A DNA stretch of 64,000 nt, from positions 19,042,611 through 19,106,610 of the forward strand of contig CM119266.1 in assembly GCA_051294375.1 (NCBI GenBank), in the 5' to 3' direction. This document shows, piece by piece, positions 1-13,101 of the stretch (the stretch's first letter is position 1; each line of letters begins with the position of its first letter). Both the position numbers and the translations under genes were made by a program. The stretch comes from Paraspadella gotoi. Its lineage: Eukaryota > Animalia > Chaetognatha. The notes below the pieces were generated by a model, which saw only the letters and a list, made by a program, of their open reading frames with translations, searched no databases and had not been told where the DNA came from.

Positions 1-1209
1 GGCAACAGAACGCGGAATGAAACATAATTATAAATTATGTTTTAGTCGCAATTGGTAGTTAGCGATAATGTGACAAAAGCCATTGTGATTGTCGTTGTCG
101 TCTTTGTCATCTTTCCTCTTTTTCTATCCCCTGAATTATTATATAAAACTTATATAAAACTGAAAAACACTATCGAGCGTCTTTTTAGTTGCGCCGCTAG
201 TACTCGCATGTCGGTCAAAAATATTAAGTCATGCTTCATTTTTCATGCTTTTGTTGTCACGTGACCTGATCACGGTAACCTTATCACATATCACATATAT
301 TGTGTAATATTTGGTTGTTTGATTTTAAACTTTCCAGATAAGTTTAACTAATGTAGAGCTATAGCGGCTATCGCCTTTGATGTTCTGCTCCTCTTACCGA
401 TTGGCGTTAGGGGGTTCGGACCCTCAGTGACCGTCTCTTGTTTATAATAGCACTCTCTTGCGCTTGCCAGGATTGAGAAAAAGAAAAAAGAGAAGAATAA
501 AAAGAAAGAAAGAAAATAAGTTTGAGCAAACAATGTCGGATCTGCCTACGATAATTTAGCGGTAATCACGATTAATCACGATAATTCTTTCAATTTGTGA
601 TCCTAACTGATTATAACAGATCGTACCATACCAAACCAGTGGCTGTGCCAATACATGTTAATCGTTTGCAAGGGATTAAACTGAACTGTTAGTATAATAA
701 AAATAAAAATAAATAAAGTACAAATAATATTTTTAATTATTATTATTTTTTTAACTTTCATAATTTTTTTAACTTCCATAATTTATTCATCTTCCATTTT
801 TTTTAACTAGCTCCATTTTTTCAACTCACATAATCTTTTTAATTTGAAGCATTTTTTTAACTCAAATCATTTTTTTAACTTGCATTATTTTTTTAATTGT
901 ATTATTTTTTATTTTAATTAATTAATATTAATTAACAGTATACATAGTTTTGATAGAATCAAAGGGTGGAAATGTACTTGTATGGAAAAAACCAAAGTCA
1001 AGTTGAATAGAATTTTAATTATTTATGCATTGAATGATTTTTTCCATTCAAATTTATTTTCATTCCTCGATTCTATCGAAACTTTATATATCTTGTTCAA
1101 TCGCACACTTTCTTACCCACACACAAAATTTGATCTCAATCTATCCATCCAATTCTGATTAATTAGAGTAATTATGGGTTAAAATTAGTAAAAAGATTCA
1201 AGGAAATGC

Positions 1210-1864
1210 TTATCAGCAGATCCCGACTCTATAATTCACTTTGTCGGTCCATCGATCTGCCCCCTCAATATTGTCGGGCACACACTTATATCATATCAGA
1301 ACATAGAATTATAATAAATTATGCAAAAAAAATGATATCTGTCCGTCCCACCTTAGTAAAAAACACTAATTACTCGTGATTGGATTTGTGTGTGGGTAGG
1401 GAAGTATGTGGTTGAGCTGGATATGAAGTTTCGATGAAATCGTCCAAGTGGAAATGAGTTTAAATTGAAAAAACAAAAACATATATTTCACTATTTGAAC
1501 ACCAATTGCTCATGAGTGGATGGGGCGATTGACCTTGAATTTTGTATGTGGGTAGGAAAGTGTATGATTAAGCTGGAAATCAAGTTTTGATGGAATCGTC
1601 TGAGTGGAAATGAGTTGAAATGGAAAAAACCTGTTTCACCAATTGATTATGCTTCTTATTCCTTTCATATTAAATATAAATGCAGGATGTATTAATTAAT
1701 CAAATAATTAATCAATTAGTAAATTCATTAATCAATAATTAATTAATCAGTCAAACAAGTCTATTTCTTATCGGCATTATTAATTATTTAATTTGAATAA
1801 TTTAATAATTAATTACCGATATTGATCGTGGGCAGATCCGACATTGTTTGCTCAAACTTGTTTT
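1210..1864 (+). mobile_element. Helentron-associated (DINE-1/HINE-like) non-autonomous element; further copies or ends at 515-600(-), 12541-12612(-), 16781-17117(+), 29806-29840(+)
   Basis: 5' GCAGATCC(C)GACTCTATAA...TTTGTCG, and a 3' repeat of GCAGATCCGAC followed by hairpin GTTTG-CT-CAAAC and TTGTTT. The architecture matches HINE-type elements. Confidence 0.6.
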
Positions 1865-2373
1865 CATTTAAACTTATTTCCACTCACACGATTCCAACAA
1901 AATATATCCAGCTCAATCACTTACTTTCTTCCCCACTCATAAAATTTTATTCCAATCCAACCATCCAATCATAAGTAATAAAAGTTTTTTGCTAAGTGGG
2001 GACGGACAGACATCTTTTTTTATATAATTTATCATAGTTTGATTTGGGGGGTGGAATTTGCGATTATCAGATCCGACTAAAAATAAATAATAAATATAAA
2101 TTTAACATAAGCAAAAAAATAAAATAACAATAATGTTTGAACTCTAAGAGAACCGCTGCATGAATGTTGTTGCTCTGAAAGCTGTTTTCTAGTCTAAAGT
2201 GATAAACGACTAAATTTCTGTCACTCATTTGATAATCGCTTTAATACAGAAAAGCTTTTATTTAATCTGCTAATTCCAAAAAAAAATTATCATTTTCATA
2301 AATTTTTTTTTTCTTTTTTATTTTTTCAACAACTTAAACAATTAATTTCAGTTCATTTTCCTTTTTATTTAAG

Positions 2374-5300
2374 GTCAAGAGGATGAGGTTGAACGCGGAA
2401 ATTGGGGCAATCAACTGGAATTCGTTTTGACCTGCGTTTCCTATGCCGTGGGACTCGGAAATGTCTGGCGTTTCCCTTATCTGTGCTACAAGAATGGGGG
2501 TGGAGCTTTCTTGGTTCCTTACCTCATCATGCTGGTCATCGCCGGACTACCCATCTTCTTTATGGAAATGGCTTTCGGTCAATTCGCTTCTTTGGGACCA
2601 ATAAGTATCTGGCGTTGCTGTCCTCTGATGAAAGGACTCGGATATGGAATGGTCATGGTCAGTGCGTACATCTGCATCTACTTTGCTGTTCTCATCAGCT
2701 ACATTCTCTTTTTCTTCTTTGCATCCTTCACGACTGAGCTGCCGTGGATCAACTGCAACAACACGTGGAATTCAAATGATTGTGCGCTTAGAGCGCATCA
2801 CTATATGCCCAATGCCACTGACGTCAAATTGAATTTAACGACGCCCACCGAAGAATATTTTTTTCGCAATGTCCTAAATTTAAGCTCTGGCATCGACGAC
2901 CTCGGCCCTCCGGAGTGGCGCCTCACGATGCTGCTACTCTTATGCTGGTCGCTGACTTGCATGGGTTTGATCAAAGGCGTCCAGAGTTTGGGAAAAGTCT
3001 CTTATTTCACCGCCTTCTTTCCATACATCTTGATCACAACCTTAGTTATTCGTGGTTCCATGCTGGAGGGTGCAAGAGATGGCATTCTATTTTACATCAC
3101 GCCTCGCTGGGCAAAGCTGAAGGAGCCACAAGTCTGGGCAGATGCCGCTATTCAGATATTCTACTCTCTGGGCCCATGTATGGGAACGCTAATCACGATG
3201 TCAAGTTTTAACAAGTTTAAGAACAACTGCTTGAAGAACGCCGTTACGGTCGCCTCCATCAATTGTTGCACATCCATTTATGGTGGTTTTGCCATCTTCT
3301 CTGTTGTAGGTTTCATGGCCAAGCAAGCAAACGCCCCAATTGACAAGGTAGCATCGGCAGGACCTGGGCTGGCTTTCGTTGTATATCCCGAAGGTCTCTC
3401 CATGATGCCCGTTGCGCCTCTTTGGTCCGTTTTGTTCTTCTTTATGATGTTAACCATTGGCATGGGCTCTCTATTGTCGCAACTGGAGACCGTCATTTCT
3501 GCAGTTCAGGACGAGTGGCCTATCCTCAGGGTGAAGGGGACGTTGTTCAGAATCGGCGTCTGCATCGTGGGTTTCATCATTGGCCTCCCTCAGGTCTGTC
3601 GTGGCGGATTTTATCTCTTAAATATCTTCGATAACTTTACCGGCGGCGTAAATCTACTGATCCTTGGCTTTACTGAGATATTTACCATAAATTACATATA
3701 CGGATATGATCGTTTCGCCGAGGACATCTCCATGATGCTCGGCCAGAAGCCTAGTCTTTACTGGAAGATTTGCTGGAAGGGTGTCTCTCTAATCGCGGTA
3801 GCGGGAATTCTCCTGTTTCTCTGCATTATGTACGCGCCTCCGACATGCGGCTCTTACGAATATCCTACTTGGGCCATAAACCTTGGTTGGATGCTGAGCT
3901 TATCTTCCGTCATTTGGCTTCCGTTATTGTTCATCAAGGTTAGCATTTGAAATTATCATTTCTTTTATACTACTTGACTACTTGTCCATGTAAATGTAAT
4001 GAAAAAAAAATTTAGCCAATGACTTTAGCTTTATGCGTACACAACCCTCCACTTTGTCGGTCCCACACCAAAATGTTGTCAGTAAATCACTTAAGTCATC
4101 TTAAAATATCGAATTTTTAAAAAAATGCCAAAAAATTGTCCCTCCGTCCATTGTATGGATATATCGAATAAAAATTTTGTTGGGATTAAACCATGATAAC
4201 TCTAACTATCGAATTATATTTAAGAGGAAAGGTCATTCAACTTACCAATGCGTAATCCCTGATGTATTAGAGCTAATACATCGAGAAATACATCGTAATC
4301 ACCAAAAAAAGTTTTTATTTATATGTAAACATTCTGTTTTAAATATTTTTTTAAAATTGGTAAAGAGGAAAGGTCATTCACCATAACAATGCGTAATCAT
4401 TGTATATGTACTTGATTAGTTAATTGGACTAAGCTCTGACGAAAAAAGTCAGAGGTTTTTTTTAATATATTCTTTGACCGGCCAATGTGTAGAGAATGAT
4501 GGCCAATATTGCTTATTTTTAAGTTTCAAAAAATCCGACCATAAATATAGAAATATTAACCCAAATCTTCGGAAAATCCACCCCTTCTTTGGTAAGATTT
4601 TCGCCATATAAGATTTTTTCCCTAGAATCTGACTCCCGGTTGAAAACTCTTAGATTTCCGATCGTTAGCTCATCTTTTACTTTTACTTTAATAAAAATTT
4701 CACTAAAATGGACTAATTCACTTTAACATGATCGTTCATATTAAAAATACAAAAATGAAAAGTAAAGAAAAAATTTGAGAGCCCTTCAGACATATTGCTA
4801 TGAATTCCTGAATTTGAAGTTTATGTTAAAATGACAACATACCTTAAATGCGTTGACATTGTATGAAGTTTGAGAAATCCCTTTATTATATATAAAAATT
4901 GCGTCAAAAATATTTTCCCGAGAGGCAAAAACCGTCCATTATCATGGTTCGATTAGTAAAATGATGGTTATTGTCAAGAGAACAAAAATGCGAGCCTTCA
5001 GTAACAGGATCGGAATCAAGTGTTTTTACATCTATTTTTACCTGAATTTTTCCCAGGGGCGTTGACATTATTTGGTAGTCAAATTTTAACGAAAATCTCA
5101 TTGAAAAAGTCTTCCTCGATTTCTAAGAACGACGTAGACTCCTAAGCTAATACATCGAGAAATACATTATATCATCAGTACTCACAAAAAAATAAGTTTT
5201 TATTTTATGTAAACATTCTGTTTTTAATCATTTTTTTAAATCTGTAAATAACAAAATTGTCAAGTTAAACTGGTAAGACTAGGGTAGACGAGAATCTCGC

Positions 5301-8300
5301 TTAAAAAAAAAATCAACATTTTCTTAATAGAGAATTCCGTTCAAATCTGACTACCCAAATTGCAAACGCGTTTGCCAGAAATTCGGTTAAAAAACACTTG
5401 TAAAAACACACCGATTCGAGAGCGTTCATCTGAAGAGCTTGTCCTATTCATTTTATGGCATTTGATAATGGATTTAATATCAAACAAGCCAGGGGAAATG
5501 CACTACTCATCTCCGGAGATTTTCAAACCTCATTTTTACTATAGAAATGAAAGGGAAAGTTTACAAACTTAAAATTGCAAACGGGATTGCTATATTTCTG
5601 TTACATGACGACTTCGAATTTCGCGATCTGATAGCTTTGTGTCTGAAGAGCTTGTCCTATTTTTCTTTTTTCATTTTATAATGATTTTGACATAAAATGA
5701 TCAGGTTTAAATGAAATAGTTCGGTTTGAATCGCGAAATTTTTATTTAAAAAGAAATTAAAAGGAGGTTGAGAAAAAACTTATTTTTCTAATATCTTTTG
5801 AAGGAATAAATAAGGATGGTAATAGTACCAAAATGAAGCCATAATCATAGGCACATACAAGATACAATTTTAGAATTACTTATGCTGAATCCTCCTTACA
5901 GGGTGAGTGTAAACTAAAGTCAAATTATAATGAATTTTAAAACTAATGACACCCTAAAAATAAATGAAAATTTAATTCTTTTTAATGATTCTTGAAAGAA
6001 AAAGGCTAAATTTGTACTCTAGTAAAACTTTAAAGTTTTTTGGATAAAGAATGTGAATTTTTTGTCACTATAAATATTTGCTTGTCTGATTTTACAAGCA
6101 TGCTTACAAAATTCTACAAAATATTATTCCCCCATCACAGCCTAAGTATTTATCTTCTTTTCCACCAGCAAAAAGTAAACATTATTTTACTGCTAAGAAA
6201 AGGGATGTTTACTGAAATGAGCCGGAGACATTCAACTTCTTCACTTTAACTGTCATTTTTCAATAATAAAATAGGCGAATTTTTTAATTATTTAACTCTC
6301 ACAGCTTCACAAACATTATACTTATTCATAATATCCCAATGTTAATGTAATTATATTTTTTTACCCTAGAAATCATAAAAATACAGAAAGTTGTGGATTC
6401 CCTTCGCTCATTTAAGAAAAAAAAATTAACTAGCGGAATTTAAGTTTGTAAGAGAAGTCAGAATCAGCGAAAATCTTAAAAGGCGAGAATGTTGAAAAAA
6501 AGGGGTGGAATTTTGATGGGTTTCCTAAGATTTCTCCACAATGTGAGGTCCGATTAAAGCGAAACTTGAGATTTACAATATTCCGTCATTCCACATCTAT
6601 CGATATAAAAATATAAGAAAAAAGTCACTGGCTTCTTTTTCTATAGCGGCTTCCTAACTAGGGTGAAGTGAAAGTTTTGGAATTAAAATTTAGCAATTAT
6701 ATCTTAAAAACTATCATATTATTGAATACTAATCTGTTAGTTATTTTCCTTTTTTTACAAATATAGTAGCCCAGTCAGCTTATTTTGTATATAGTATACC
6801 CTTATATAATGTCAAAATTTTAAAATGGTTTTTTTTTTATTTCTGAGAACAGATTCAGATTCCTCGTTAAAAGTTGATAAAAGAAAATATAAATCTTTTT
6901 CAAAAATTATATCATTAAGTAGGTAAAATTACAAAAAACTATATTTTTAAGCTGGAAATTAAAAATCGGTATCTTAAATATAGTTTTTTACATTTTTGAC
7001 TAACTTAATGAAAGATTTTTTAAAAAAGAATTTATGACATTATGTATATATTTCTTTTTCGTTGTTTTTGAGGTATTAGGAAAAAGTTTGTTTGACAACG
7101 ATTTTATTTGACACAATTTTTAGTCAGACATGTTTCGGCTCTTTCATTTAGAGCCTTCAACACTGATGAAGGCTCTAAATGAAAGAGCCGAAACATGTCT
7201 GACTAAAAATTGTGTCAAATAAAATCGTTGTCAAACAAAACTGTTTTTCCTAAAAAAGAATTATACTTTATCCAAATCCGATCTAAAAATTAGAAAATTT
7301 GTATTTTAAAATTTTAGCCTATTATATACTTATTATATATAAAATATAGCTCACTGGTGTCCACTAATTATAAAATTAAAAAATAATTTACCAAAGTATT
7401 TTTAATGGTTTTTATGTTTAATGTTTTATATGCTAATTTTAATTTTCTAAAATTTTATCATTTTCACATCACTCTAGTAAGCACATTTTAAAAGATTTGT
7501 TTTTTAATCTGGTTGTTAAAAAATTCTAGTTAGAAGTTAAACACAGTAAGGGATAATTTAGAAGGGGAGAATTAAACAATTAATCTTATTACTCTGTTGG
7601 TTTTCCAGTCATGAACAAAATCTACAGTTAAATAGATGGTAAAAAAATTCGAGCTACAATGAATCTCCACTGAATTTGAAGAGTTGCAATAATATTGAAT
7701 TAAAAATTTGATGGGCAATCTTAAAAACATTTGTAAAAATGTAATAGAGAGTCATTTTGATAAACTCGTTACAGTTAGGAAGAATTCAGGGTAAAAGTTA
7801 AAAAACGTTTCATTTTTAAGGATACAAGTTGAAATTTAAAAATGTCTCTCTATTACATTTTTCTAATTCAGTAATAAAAAATTCATAAAAAATATCAGAT
7901 GGCTTTTTCGTTTGACCTGCAACTCTTCAGATAGGTTTCTTTTATTTTATGAAATTGGTACAACCAATATAAAAATTATCCATTCATATATTATTATTAT
8001 TATATTCATATATTATAATTAAAACCGATATAAAATGGCGTAGAATGCATCAAATGTTAGATATTTTTTTTAATAATAATGTCATCAGAATTGCGCCTGG
8101 TCAAGTGAGCTAGAGAAGCGAAGGTCGCCATGCCTCTCTGTAGTTGTGGATAGCCCCCAGAGGGTCTGGGAGAATTGTTAAACCGGCACGTCGCTCTTAT
8201 GCAAGGACCGTTCGGACTATTTGGTTCGGAAAAGCATTAGCTCAGTGCGCTATCACGGCGGATGGATGGATGGATGCACGGAACAGTGTCATCCGACGAG

Positions 8301-8956
8301 TAGTGATATGATGTCACTACACTGCTACTTAATTGAAACGTTCTTTTTCTTTCCTTTCTTTTCCTTTTTTTCAATTTTTTATTTTCCTTTTTCTTTGTCT
8401 TTCGTTTTTTTTCTTTCTTTCTCTTATTCCTTTTTTTTTTTTCTCGCTTCTTCGCGCGAATTTTAACTTAACCCTTTAATGATTAATCCTTTAATGATCA
8501 AATTTTTTGGGCGGACTGCAGGTTTATTGCGTGCGAACTGGAATGTGGCAAGAAATTCAGGCTCTCAGCAATCCTGAGGACGCTTGGGGACCCGCAAACG
8601 AAGAAGATCGCTCTGGCCGTTATGTTTGTAACGAAGATGACGACGAAGCCGGTCAAGAGGGTATTTTTTTTCATACCCAGTTATGGTTTTGATTTTATGA
8701 AATTCTTAATCATTTTTTTTGAACAGATGATGCTGAGGATTGCGTAGAAAAACCACCGCGCCAGAAGTTCCCTGGTCCGCGTTACGCTATGTCTCTTTTC
8801 CCGATGAGCAGCGGGGCTGGGCGTCCACTCGACATCGATTTTATGAATAGCCCAAGGAAGACCGTCAACCAAAGCATGACCCGCGAGGACTCGGCCGTAT
8901 CCAGCTTCGCACCGATGTCTTCAATTCATTCCTCTACCCGTCTTTTTAAGGAATGA
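2374..8956 (+). CDS. SLC6 sodium/chloride-dependent amino-acid transporter (glycine/proline transporter-like), 5'-partial; exons 2374-3938, 8522-8660, 8727-8956
   Basis: Motifs RGNWGNQLEF, YAVGLGNVWRFPYLCYKNGGGAF, LPWINCNNTWN, QIFYSLG, GPGLAFVVYP and C-terminal WGPANEEDRSGRY. GT-AG junctions are in phase; TGA at 8954-8956. The first exon lies upstream or was not found. Confidence 0.93.
7160..7202 (+). ncRNA. Minimal type I hammerhead ribozyme motif (Penelope-like) at the centre of a palindrome
   Basis: CTGATGA-A-GGCTCT(AAATGAA)AGAGCC-GAAA-CATGTC. Lies within a perfect 73-bp-arm palindrome (7087-7159 / 7167-7239). Confidence 0.8.
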
Positions 8957-11900
8957 AAAAACATAGTAATTACCGAATAAGATTTGTGTGCCAAAGAGAT
9001 AAATTAATGCATTACCATCAATTCTCAGATTATTCTTCATAGCTTTTTATCTCCTTGAGTTTTCCTAATTTTTTTCTTTCATTGATATAGAACTTGTAGA
9101 TATTATGAAAATCTACAGTTTTCAGTATAATTTTCTCCCAGTGTAGTTAATTTACTCAATAACTACGTATCTTGGTTTTTTTTTTAATTAATTAATAAGT
9201 TTCTCGTAAGAAAGGTAGTATGGATTAAAAATTTAAATGCTTTTGTTTTAAAAAGCGATTTTTTAATCGTGGTTTCTTTATTTTTTATTTGTAAGAAATT
9301 AAAAGTGGAATCAATAAAAAGTAATCTTTCAAGTTTCGATGTTCACTTTTTTTAGTGCATTCTATTGAGTAATAGCGTATGTAGTTTCATATTTACTCAT
9401 ATTTCATATTATATCGTCGCAATCGCTGGCGCTTTAGACGATTTTAGGAAAATGGTCCATATAAACGTCATTGTCGTTGTTATCGTTGGCGTTCCAAATT
9501 ATAGATGGCCTTTTTATATATTATTTGAAATTGTATGAAGCTGAAAATTTAGATAATAGATATGGCTTATCATCTTTATAAAAACGTTATATTTCTAATG
9601 TTTGATCTACTATAGATTCCCTACACAGTATGACATTCTGTAATATGCAAATTAGTAGCCATGGTATAATTAGTATATAGTATTAGTATATAATATCACT
9701 TGGGATATATATATATATTGGGTTTAAAAAGCCGAAATCCATGAAGAGTATAGGTTCCCAAAAAAATATTACAAAAGAAATAATTAAAAAGTAGGATAAT
9801 GTAATTTATATTAACATATTCTAAAATTTTGTTCATGATATAAAGGTGCCCCTATAAACACCTCTCCTCATTGAAAAAATCTTCCTCGATCTTTAAGAAC
9901 GACGTCAGCTCCTAAGTAAAGCCTTTTTTGAGTATCAAAGTTTGTCATAGGTCCAGATTTTTTTCATGTGATTGCGACGATCCTTATGCTTGTAAGATTT
10001 TTCAACTATATTTTCGTCCGTCTATGTATAATGTATATGCAAAAGTACTCTCCGAGCCAGAAAACTATGCATCTTTTTAAAATATTTGTCGCCCATATTT
10101 GGTATTATAATTTGGTATATAGAAATTAACCTGAAATTATTAAATTAATTACTGCTAACATTGGAGAAATTTGACATTTTTTTTATTTTTGATAGCGAAA
10201 TTTTTGACAACATGAGATACTATTGTTATTAAGTACAAAAAATATTTTGTTCATATAGTTTGGGGAACAGAACTGAAAAATGCAATATATTTATGGCTTT
10301 ATTCTTATAAAAATAGTAAATTTTCAAACAAAATTTTATTAAAGATTCAAGTTCCTCTTAAAAACCATGTTGTCAAAAATTTCGCAATCAAAAATAGAAA
10401 AAGTCAAATTTCTATATTTTTGTATTCTCTGTTGTAGAAACTATAATGTGATGAAACATTTTCGTCACTTTTCCAAGCCTTCACCTTAAAATATCATAAA
10501 CATACTTTTTTCTAACGAATTCGAATATGTTCTTAAAGTTAAAAATTTATAAGAAGAAAAAACTCGATTTACGATGCTGTGATGCTCAAAAAAATTTTTA
10601 AGGGTTCAAAAATATTATTAGCTCGCTCAATTTTTTCATCGCTCCATCCTATCATTGGTTAGTAGCTCTCAAAAAGTTAACAATTATTTTTAAAATAAAC
10701 GAATTGGTAACATGTTTTTAAAAAAATTAAGTTATCATTAAACTCTGAAACCATTGAATTCTAAAACCATCAATTTTGATCTTTGTTTAAAAGTTTTCTA
10801 CAGTGCTATGGAGATTATTTTTTATTTCATGTTATCATCTCAAAATTCTAGTATTAATTTTCTTCAAACACCTTGAAAGCGACGGAGGAGTAGGTCCTGA
10901 TTTAAAAAAAATACTCTTCGAAAACTGTGATGACAGTTTAAATTTATCCTTGGTTTTCTTTTATTTCTTTTGTTTGTAATATGAAAGTTTTTTGAAAGAT
11001 TAATGGTAGTCAAATTCGTCTATTATTAAGTATAGCAACTGATATTTTAGATTTTGTAAACATGAAACAAATGTTTAATTTGCATGTCATGTATTTCATG
11101 CATATGTGTGTGAGTTAATGACATATCAATTTCAACAATCATATCGTGCCAACTTTCCAATTTTTAGTATGATCCTAAAAATATATGCTTGCTTAATAAT
11201 CAATTTAGATGCATTTAATTTATTTGCAGATAGAACTTGAAGAGACAGAATGCATTAAAATTCAAAGATTTTACCTTAATACCAAGGACTTTCTGATTTT
11301 GCTTTAATCGTAAATTTCCATGTAATACTACATTAATATGATAAAACACTTGGTAGAGTAGAGTAAGACTTCATATCTGAAATAAACTTTCAAACATTTT
11401 CTTATATGACTTTAATTACTTCATAACACTTGCGTTTAATCTTTTAATTAATTTTATTATTTATTCATAGGAAATGCAATAACGGCAACAAAATATATTT
11501 TTTTTAAAGAATCGATTGAGATAGCTAATGAAAAGTTATGTGAAAAACACACCTTAAAAAGATTATTATCATCTTACGATGATTTTGCCGATTGTAACAA
11601 TAATTCTTTTATATATTTAATTGTATTTTTAGCTCTTATCAGAATTCAGCAAACAATTTTCATGCATTATATTTATAATAAGAAATAAAATATACTTAAC
11701 CAATTATGATTGAAGGAAATATTTTTTGAAAATAAATAATTATTAAAGCATAATTGATAAATGAACGATACCCTTAGGCATAGGGGATTTGGTCAACTGG
11801 TACAAAATCTTAAATCTTTCCGCGAGAGTAATCTTAAAAAATTTGTATCTATTCATATTTTTTTAAGTGTTTAAGCAGGTACTCAATTCAAATTTCTTAA

Positions 11901-13101
11901 CAACCTTACTGATTTGAAATCAAATACTGTAGTCTGTATTATTTTATTTTTATTTTATATATGGTTAGAAATATGAAATATAACGATGATTCGCATGAGT
12001 CCCACCAGAGTGTTCTAGTCATTCAAGGCTTTTATTATTGTTTTCGCGAACAAAAGCTAAAATTGAGTCCGTTGATATGTCTGAATATTTATTTTCGTCG
12101 TTGTAACCGTTTTCTTTTCATCTTTTTCTAATTCTAACGTTTATAATTTATAATTATAATTTATATATTTCTCTCGAAAGGCCAGAGGAGCCTCATTATT
12201 TGGGACTTTCACATTGAATTTTTTAAGTATGTCTTGGTGAAATGGCTAGATCTGTAAAGTATAAAGTATGTCTTTCTATATTTATGAGCTTTGTTTATCA
12301 TGATCTTCCTTCGGATAAATATTTATTTTCCTTCAAACAATTAAAATATTATTCACCAGAGTGTTTTAATATTGAATTATTGTTTTGAGTTTTCATTTTT
12401 TCCTCTTGTCAATTTTTTTTTTTAATTCGTTAACGAGAGTTCTTAGTAATTATTTTCAAAATATCTGTTTTATGACTAATTGCGCTCGCTAGAAATTTTC
12501 TTTTTTAACTAGGTAGTTATCCGTTTTCTACTGACAATCAAAAGTTTGAACAAACAATGTTGCTGTTGGATCTGTCCACGATAATTTAGATAATTTGCAA
12601 AGTTAATCACGGTTCTTTTTANNNNNNNNNNAAAAGCAAACATAACATGAAAAAAGTGGATCAATAACAAGGTTAAAAACAAGACTAAACAAGGAGATGA
12701 CCATTGACCAGGGTTATGATGGAGTTGTTCCTAGTTTTTGTTGTTGTTATTGTTGCATATAAGGAAACAATTTAGAAGGTCATTCAATCAAAATAAAATT
12801 ATTTACATAATTGATAGTTGAAAAAATATGTAATTTCAACTTTTAAAAAAATTTACAGATTAGTTTGGAACAATCTGTTTTAATTTAAAAATATATTTTC
12901 CACCACAGTAATCATTATAACACTAATTATCTATTAATATTATGTTGTAAAAAGACAATTTAATATTCCAGTTTTCGGCTTCGAGTACTGTCAAATCATT
13001 TGTATATCTCGGTTTTTTTCGCATTATTTCAGGGTCCTCAATAACCAGTTGAGCTAAATCTCTATGTCTGTGTGTCATAAACTCAACGCTCTGCTAGCTA
13101 G

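Noticed and set aside
515-1864. Single MITE with ~40-bp TIRs
   Set aside because: Better explained as two oppositely oriented HINE-like 3' ends, since the same end occurs unpaired at 12.5 and 29.8 kb.
7900-7935. Minus-strand CTGAAGA...GAAA hammerhead candidate
   Set aside because: Bulged stem II and no stem III or NUH triplet.
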